The position numbers and the translations under genes are program-made. A DNA stretch of 64,000 nucleotides from Myxococcota bacterium (GTDB taxonomy: Bacteria; Myxococcota_A; UBA796; GCA-2862545). Location: NCBI GenBank assembly GCA_039208735.1, contig JBCCQY010000018.1:19702-83701 (forward strand), read 5' to 3'. This document shows, piece by piece, positions 57,934-64,000 of this stretch. Within the stretch, counting starts at the first letter, position 1. Each line of letters begins with the position of its first letter. The notes under the pieces were generated by a model. The model worked only from the letters and a program-made list of their open reading frames with translations, made no database searches and was not told the DNA's origin.

Positions 57934-58962
57934 CTAGGCGGTCGAGACCCCGTGACGGCGCCGCCAGGCCGTCGGGGTGGTCCCGGTCCAACGTCGGAAC
58001 GCCCGGTGGAACGACGTGTCGGTCTGGTAGCCGAGGAGCCAGGCCACCTCGGCGAGCCCAAGAGCGGCGTCGCGAAGGTAAGCCTCGGCGAGGGCTCGTC
58101 GCGTCTCGGTCCGGACGTCGGCAAAGGTGCGACCCCGATCCGCCAGGCGGCGCTGCAGGGTCCGCACGCTCGTGGCGAGATCCCGCGCGATGACCGACCG
58201 TGTTGCGTCGCCCCCCGGCAGGCGCGTCTGGATGGCCACCCGCAACGACCGAAGCCACACATCGTCGGAGTCGGGGGCGGGCGCTGCGCGGCGCAGGACC
58301 TCGCCGAAGTAGGCCGCGAGCTCGGGATCGGCAGAGGCGATCGGAGTCGCCAGCCAGTCAGCGGGGATGCCGATGGCCGGGGTCGCGTGTCCCAGCTCGA
58401 GGCCTGGTCCGAGGCGGTCCTCGAGCACTGCCCGCTCCCCGGCCGGCACGCGACGGCGACGGCTGCGCGCCGCAACCACGGGCACCGATCCGTCGACTAT
58501 CAGCGAGAGCAGTCGCACCGCAACGAGCAGCGTGTAGTCGGACATGACGAGCTTACCCGCCCGGTCGGAACCGAAGCGCTCCTCCTCGAGCCAGAGCACG
58601 TCGCCCTCGAGCCGGGTCTGGTAGCGTGCCGTGCGGTTGGTCAGGTGCTGGAAGCGGGCGTGGCACCGGAGCGCCTCGCCGATCGTGGGCAGCGTCTTGC
58701 AGGCGAGCCCCACTACCCCCAGACTCCCCAGCTTGAAGGCGTCGACGGCATCGACGAGGAACCGATCGAACCCCGGCCGCTGCTGCATCAGCTCGAGGTG
58801 GGCGTAGGTCGCGGCCCCCGTCACCGCAGCGTCGGGATCCGCCATCGCGAACGCCGACAGTCCGAGGCCTGCCAGTTCGCCCCGCGGTACCCCGCACGCC
58901 AGGGACGCGTCGTAGGCCGGCCGAACGTTGACGACCCGGATGTGGTCGGGCTGAAGCGGCAT
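57934..58962 (-). CDS. AraC family regulator
   Basis: SVRTLQRRL..G, EVAWLLGY..SFHRAFRRWTG.TP. Confidence 0.9.
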   Translation of the reverse strand: MPLQPDHIRVVNVRPAYDASLACGVPRGELAGLGLSAFAMADPDAAVTGAATYAHLELMQQRPGFDRFLVDAVDAFKLGSLGVVGLACKTLPTIGEALRCHARFQHLTNRTARYQTRLEGDVLWLEEERFGSDRAGKLVMSDYTLLVAVRLLSLIVDGSVPVVAARSRRRRVPAGERAVLEDRLGPGLELGHATPAIGIPADWLATPIASADPELAAYFGEVLRRAAPAPDSDDVWLRSLRVAIQTRLPGGDATRSVIARDLATSVRTLQRRLADRGRTFADVRTETRRALAEAYLRDAALGLAEVAWLLGYQTDTSFHRAFRRWTGTTPTAWRRRHGVSTA

Positions 58963-59053
58963 CTCACCCCCTATCCACGCAATGGCACGAACGGTCAGTC
59001 GAACGGCTCGTGCGGTCAAGGTCGCCGACCGTGTCGATGCCTAAGTCGTCGAT

Positions 59054-59830
59054 ATGAAACACGTCCTGCTGATAGGTTCTCTGCTCCTGGGCTGCGCACA
59101 CCCCACCGCAGCCCCCCTCCCTGCGGCCACCGAGGCCGAGCTCACCGAGCGCATCGAAGCGCTCGACGTCGACGCCGTCCCAATCTACACGGGCCGGGTA
59201 CAGCCCCGCGGAGACGACGCCGATGCGCTCTTCTCCTACCGGCGCGCGATCTTCGACGACGGCGACGTGCAGGTGTCGAGCCACCTCACCGTCGACGCCG
59301 ACGGCGAGCCAAAGGTGCTCCACGTGGCCCACACCCGCTCCGACGGCCGCCTGCTGCGCTTCGAGGAGTGGCACGGCCAGACCGGGCTCGTGGGCTCCTT
59401 GGCCGTCGATGCGTCCCACACGGCGACGATCGAGGTCACCGTGGGTGGCGAGCGCACCGAGCGCACCGAGGCGGGCGACGTCCCGGTCCACGCCGGGCCC
59501 AGCTTGTTCGGCTTCGTCCTGCAGCACTGGGACGCGCTGGTAAAGGGCGAGGTGCGACCCCTGCGTTTCGCGGTGCTGGCCAAGGCACGAACCTACCGCT
59601 TTGACGTCCGGCTCGCCTCGATCGACGAGGCGCGCGCAGTCTTCGAGATGCGGGCGTCGAGCCCCTTCGTGCGGATCGCGGTGCCCACCCTCGCCATCAC
59701 GTTCGACTCCGTGACACGGACGCCGATCCGGTACGAAGGACCAGTGCCCCCGCTGCGCGAGACCCCGCGCGGCCTGCGGTCGCTCGATGCCCGTGTGGAC
59801 TACACCCTCACCGGAGCCAACTACCGCTGA
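59054..59830 (+). CDS. Hypothetical lipoprotein
   Basis: LLLGC lipobox; divergent from AraC. Confidence 0.7.
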   Translation: MKHVLLIGSLLLGCAHPTAAPLPAATEAELTERIEALDVDAVPIYTGRVQPRGDDADALFSYRRAIFDDGDVQVSSHLTVDADGEPKVLHVAHTRSDGRLLRFEEWHGQTGLVGSLAVDASHTATIEVTVGGERTERTEAGDVPVHAGPSLFGFVLQHWDALVKGEVRPLRFAVLAKARTYRFDVRLASIDEARAVFEMRASSPFVRIAVPTLAITFDSVTRTPIRYEGPVPPLRETPRGLRSLDARVDYTLTGANYR

Positions 59831-60277
59831 GCCGAACTCGATGAAGACCCGTTGCCCCGAACCGGGTCCGACCAAACGGACGAAACCTCTGAGCACCTCG
59901 CGACAGAAGCGGCGCGGCACGAGATGTCGGAGATCGTTCAGGGAGATCCTGTGGTGGCAGACGGGATGCTCGTCTTCACAGCTCCTCTCTCCACAAAGAG
60001 GAGTACTCCGCGCTCCGCGAGCAGTACGACGAGGCAGGCTTGCTCGTGCCAGCGGTCGGCGCCTCGGTTCTTCGATGCTCTAGTGAGTTTTGGTGGGCAG
60101 TCAGCGAGGGCAGTGAGTCCCTTGGACAGCAATACCGGGCACCGTCGGATGCCTCGATGTGGAAGCTGGCAGGGTGACCGACATCACCAGTGCCGCACTA
60201 CTCCGGTGGCAAGCCGAGTAGTGTGGCCAGAAGTGCAAAGAGCAAGCAGATTGCATCGAGACCTTGGGAGGACCCAC

Positions 60278-60817
60278 ATGATTGCACTCTTGCTCGCTGC
60301 TCCATCACTCGCCCAGGATGGCCTTCATGTCCACATTCTGATCGCGGATGTCCATGATGAAACGCTGAAGAAGGCTCTCGAGGTTGTCGAGCCCGAACTT
60401 GCCTCGCTCGTCAGTGTGGCGCTCCGTGAGGATCCGCGAGTGAACCTCGTCTCCGCCCCAACGTTCGTGACGTACCACGACGATCAAGCCGAGCTACGGG
60501 CCGGCGTTGGTGCAAGTTCGCTCGCGATCGATCTGGTGGTGTCCGCGACGGACGAAGGGAACGATGTGGAGCTTCGGGTAGAAGAGCGTGTGCCTACCGA
60601 CAAGGTGGCGTTCACGACCAAAAAACTGCTGACCCATCTCGTCATTCCCGAGGGCGACGTCGGCGTGCTGGTCGCTGGGGATCGATTGGTCCTCGTGCAG
60701 ATCGACCCGCAGGTGCCGCTAACGACGGCCCAGGTCATGTATGAGCGTTTGCTTTGGCATCCCCGCACGGCTCGGCGCGTCAAACGCCTGGATGACTTGC
60801 TAGGGATCAGCGAGTAG
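60278..60817 (+). CDS. Hypothetical exported protein
   Basis: GGAGG RBS, MIALLLAAPSLA signal peptide. Confidence 0.55.
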   Translation: MIALLLAAPSLAQDGLHVHILIADVHDETLKKALEVVEPELASLVSVALREDPRVNLVSAPTFVTYHDDQAELRAGVGASSLAIDLVVSATDEGNDVELRVEERVPTDKVAFTTKKLLTHLVIPEGDVGVLVAGDRLVLVQIDPQVPLTTAQVMYERLLWHPRTARRVKRLDDLLGISE

Positions 60818-60833
60818 CCAAGAGGAGTTCGAG

Positions 60834-61178
60834 GTGACGAAGCCGGACGACGCAAACGAAGACGAATCCGTCACCCCGCCGCGCGCCCTCGACGAGGCGA
60901 CCGAGGCCCTGCGCAAAGCGGCCGCGGCTCGCGGAGTAGCCTATGAGCCACCCCAACCGCGGGCGCCGGTCACCGTCGAAGGCCCTGCCGATCCCGTCGC
61001 TACCGCAGAAGCAGCCCTCGCCAAGGCCGCGGAGGCACGAGCGTACGCCAGCACAAGCCGGGGGGACGCTGAACGCGAGGCGAAAGCCCGCACCGAACTC
61101 GAACGCCTCAAGGGGTCCCCCGCCTGCGATTCCGCCGAACCCGATACAGAGGACACCCCTCCAAAGCGCCGTCTGTAG
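60834..61178 (+). CDS. Hypothetical Ala/Glu-rich protein
   Basis: AGGAG RBS, low-complexity helical ORF. Confidence 0.5.
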   Translation: MTKPDDANEDESVTPPRALDEATEALRKAAAARGVAYEPPQPRAPVTVEGPADPVATAEAALAKAAEARAYASTSRGDAEREAKARTELERLKGSPACDSAEPDTEDTPPKRRL

Positions 61179-61226
61179 TCACCTGAACGGCAACCGCGTC
61201 AAACGAGTCGCAAGGTGCGCCAATCG

Positions 61227-62231
61227 TCACTGGCTGGGCGGAAGCATTTCTCGCAGCGATTTCGGAGTCGTGCCCGTCCAACGGTGAAACGCCCGAAAGA
61301 ACGAAGCCGTCTCCTCAAAGCCAAGCAGATAGGCGATCTCGCTCGACGAAAGTTGCGTCTGGCGTAGATAGTGTCGAGCCAGGTTCTCCCGCAGTTCACG
61401 AACCACCTCTTTGAAGCTGGTCCCTTCGTTCTGCAACCGTCGTTGGAGCGTTCGCGAACTCACCGCAAGCTGTCTTGCGACCACGTCGACCGACACCCGA
61501 CCACTCGGCAGGGCCTCGATGAGGACGGCGCGCGTGCGGGCCTCGAACGAAGCAGAACCCTCGAGCTCGGACAGGCGTCTGCGCAGTTGCGGCTCGAAGA
61601 TTTCCCACATTGTGCTGTTGTCCGTGAGGAAGGGCCGCAGCGCGTCGTCAGCATGAAACGACACAGATGCCTGATCGCCGCGACGAATCGGACACCCGAG
61701 GAATGCTTCGTACTCCTCGTGGGGTTGAGGCACGCGGGGCAGCGTCACTTGGGCGGCCTGTACGTCGTGCCGGGTACCCATGCGAGCCAGCTTCACAATG
61801 ACCAACGGTTCGGAGCCAATGAGGAACGAAGGAGGCCCGTCGGCCGCCGGCAGCCAGTCAAACGTGACCCGAAGGCCCCCCGAATCGTGCGTCACCCCAA
61901 GCCGAACGGGCGCGACGAGCGGTTTGAATCTCGCGAGTCGTGTAACGGCAACCAAGAGATTTGGGCTACACAATGCTGCAAAGACAGGCGGAGAAAACCA
62001 CTCCGCACGCATCCCCTTGGCGAGGTGAAGCGCGAACAGCGGATCGTCAACCGTGTCCTGCAGCACGTTGGCAATGGCAAAGTACTGCTCTGCCCCAACC
62101 CGGACGTTGGGCCGGCTCAACAGGTCTTCGGGCAACCCGGCACGCCTCAGAAGCACGTCATACCGAACTCCTACTGAAGCAAGCAGCCCTTTGAGGCCAG
62201 GATCGAGCGCATAGCCATCGTTTACCGCCAT
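61227..62231 (-). CDS. AraC family regulator
   Basis: FSPPVFAALCSPNL, SRTLQRRL..EGTSF, EIAYLLGF..SFFRAF.RWTG.TP. Confidence 0.92.
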   Translation of the reverse strand: MAVNDGYALDPGLKGLLASVGVRYDVLLRRAGLPEDLLSRPNVRVGAEQYFAIANVLQDTVDDPLFALHLAKGMRAEWFSPPVFAALCSPNLLVAVTRLARFKPLVAPVRLGVTHDSGGLRVTFDWLPAADGPPSFLIGSEPLVIVKLARMGTRHDVQAAQVTLPRVPQPHEEYEAFLGCPIRRGDQASVSFHADDALRPFLTDNSTMWEIFEPQLRRRLSELEGSASFEARTRAVLIEALPSGRVSVDVVARQLAVSSRTLQRRLQNEGTSFKEVVRELRENLARHYLRQTQLSSSEIAYLLGFEETASFFRAFHRWTGTTPKSLREMLPPSQ

Positions 62232-62328
62232 GCAAGCTCCTTGTTTGCGTTCCACGATGGCATGAGGCTCGCGCTGCCGCCTTCGCGAGTCCCCTCCGAA
62301 TGATAGAGTCGGTCCGAACGGAGTTCGT

Positions 62329-62988
62329 ATGCAAGATTGGCCGGCCGCTCATAGCATGGACACCGAGTGGTTCGCGGTTGATGAGCACGGGCACGTCGCT
62401 CGTTTCGACACGGGCGAATCCGGTGCCGTGCTGACGGATCATGACCCGGAGGTCGCCTTTGACGTCGGGGAGGCGGTGCTACGGGCCGCGTTAGCGCGCG
62501 CAGGCGAGACGTTCGACGACACGTTGTACTGGATGGATGTGGAACCGTCGGAACTTGGCATCTTCGCCTACGAAGCGCCTGACTACGGAGTCGAACCGTA
62601 CGAGTGTGATGAACCACCGGAGAATCCGCTGCTCATCGACGACCTTCCCCCTGAAGTGCAGCCCGCGCTTGTGCGACTGCCCATCCGCTTCGCAGACGAG
62701 CCCGAGTTGCCCGTTGGCGCCTACATCCCTGTCCACTTCTGGGTCGATGTGCCCTTCTACGAAGATGTTGATGGAATGGCGCGTCCCATCGTGGGACGAG
62801 AGGCGGAGTTCGCAGCCCTGATCGGCTCCGATATCGACGCTGTCCCTATTGCAGAAGCGTTCGCGGCCTTCGAACAACGCCGGCGAACCGAACCCCATCC
62901 GGAGGGCCAGGGATGCCTCGTCATTGCGATTGGCGTCGGAGCCATCGTGGTGTTCAGTTTGCTGATGCGTTGGCTCCTCTGGATTTGA
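62329..62988 (+). CDS. Hypothetical protein with C-terminal TM helix
   Basis: DWPAAHSMDTEWFAVD..GHVA.FDTGE.GAV motif; acidic; hydrophobic C-terminus. Confidence 0.65.
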   Translation: MQDWPAAHSMDTEWFAVDEHGHVARFDTGESGAVLTDHDPEVAFDVGEAVLRAALARAGETFDDTLYWMDVEPSELGIFAYEAPDYGVEPYECDEPPENPLLIDDLPPEVQPALVRLPIRFADEPELPVGAYIPVHFWVDVPFYEDVDGMARPIVGREAEFAALIGSDIDAVPIAEAFAAFEQRRRTEPHPEGQGCLVIAIGVGAIVVFSLLMRWLLWI

Positions 62989-63008
62989 GGCTCCGGCGAC
63001 CCCTCGAT

Positions 63009-64000
63009 TCATGAAGTCGGCAACACGTTCCGTCGTCGCCCGACCGTCGCACCAAGGAGCCCAGTCAGGAGGAGGAACGGAATCGACGACGGCGCTGTGG
63101 TTCCGCAGGCACACCCAGAAGCGCCATCTGCGGGTGTGGGCGCTGCGTCACTCGTGTCGGCGGAGGGCCGAACGGGCAAGTCAAATCCACGGAGCCGCGG
63201 CTCCAGTCCTTCCCACAACGGTCCACACACATCGGCCGTTTCGGTTCCGGCCGGGCAGTCGATCGGAGCGAGCAGATTGTCGGGGTAAAGAAGAGGCTCA
63301 AACGTCCCATCACTCGATCGCGCGTTGAGCAGCGGCCCATCGATGTAGGCCAGACTCGCCAGGAGGAAGCGTCCATCGCTCCCCAGCGCGGCGCCCACGC
63401 TGGCTGGCGGTTCGCTCTCGGTGTAGGTGCCGTCGTTCGCGAGCAGAAGGGCCCGTTCCCCAAAGTCCACGGGCAACCACACGCCATCGGGTCCGACCGC
63501 AGCATCCAAGATCTCACCCTCATCTTCAATCACAAGGTTGAAGTTGGTGAGTTCTCGGTCCGCCACGTAGAGGAAATCCGGACCGGGCGGGTCGGCGTTG
63601 AGGTACACCGCGTCGTCAGAAACCGCGAGAATGCGGAACAGCACGTTTTTAAGGTCGCCCAGGGCCGGAAGGGGATGGGTGGTCCAACCGCCTTTGGCAT
63701 CTCGATGCCACACGAAGGCTTCGGTCCCGGCGACGTTGGTGCCCGTCGCGTAGACTTCTCCGTCGACGATCTGGACGCCTTGAAGTTCGCGATCCGTCAT
63801 CCCCTGGAGGTCCAGGGCCCAGGTGCGGCCGCCGTCCGTCGAGATGTGAACACTGCCCCCCGCTGCGGTCTCCGTCACCGCGAACGCCCGCATCGCATCA
63901 TCCGGATCGAAGGTCGCGTCATTGACGACAATCCCGTCGAGCCCCTCGACGGCGTTCCACGAACAACCGGCCGGAGAATGAAACAGCGTTTGGCCATCGC
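63009..64000 (-). CDS. Surface protein with BNR/Asp-box and MYXO-CTERM-like tail (5' end outside window)
   Basis: STDGGRTW; GCACG..TM..RRR; frame stays open to the window edge. Confidence 0.75.
   Translation of the reverse strand, partial: DGQTLFHSPAGCSWNAVEGLDGIVVNDATFDPDDAMRAFAVTETAAGGSVHISTDGGRTWALDLQGMTDRELQGVQIVDGEVYATGTNVAGTEAFVWHRDAKGGWTTHPLPALGDLKNVLFRILAVSDDAVYLNADPPGPDFLYVADRELTNFNLVIEDEGEILDAAVGPDGVWLPVDFGERALLLANDGTYTESEPPASVGAALGSDGRFLLASLAYIDGPLLNARSSDGTFEPLLYPDNLLAPIDCPAGTETADVCGPLWEGLEPRLRGFDLPVRPSADTSDAAPTPADGASGCACGTTAPSSIPFLLLTGLLGATVGRRRNVLPTS

Noticed and set aside
57929..57939. CCATGCTAGGC identical to the reconstructed IS630 empty site
   Set aside because: A single 11-mer noticed post hoc with no IS ends nearby; plausibly chance.
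57883..59604. 573-aa plus-strand ORF
   Set aside because: Antisense to AraC and out of frame with the lipoprotein; Arg/Gly/Pro-rich shadow.
59826..59895. Hammerhead-like GTCCG-loop-CGGAC-GAAAC
   Set aside because: The required CUGANGA core is not adjacent to the stem, and stems I and III are not evident.

Overview
GC-rich bacterial window, most likely from a Myxococcota-like genome. This is inferred from MYXO-CTERM-like sorting tails, a MopE-type DCDD motif, STAND regulators, eukaryotic-like kinases and many lipoproteins. The main block is a ~15-17 kb minus-strand group 2a (cyanobacterial/Huc-type) [NiFe]-hydrogenase locus. Its order is Ni permease, FHA-like gene, hupS, hupL, maturation protease, TPR, NifU-Rieske, NHL, mini-HypF, hypC, gmhA-like, hypD (frameshifted), hypE, hypA, hypB, a DUF1641-like protein with three 121-aa repeats, and hypF. 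The repeat-expanded DUF1641-like protein is the best candidate for an undescribed component, possibly a membrane/quinone conduit analogous to HucM or ForE. The rest of the window holds two STAND/wHTH regulators, two Ser/Thr kinases lacking the Gly-rich loop, a Phd-VapC toxin-antitoxin pair, an HhH-NuiA fusion and a DUF3526 ABC system. It also holds a 1500-bp IS630 element with a passenger ORF, a pentapeptide-TIR protein, a dispersed REP-like palindrome family and several LysR/AraC regulators. No rRNA, tRNA or CRISPR array was seen. All family assignments come from motif recognition by eye, not from database searches.
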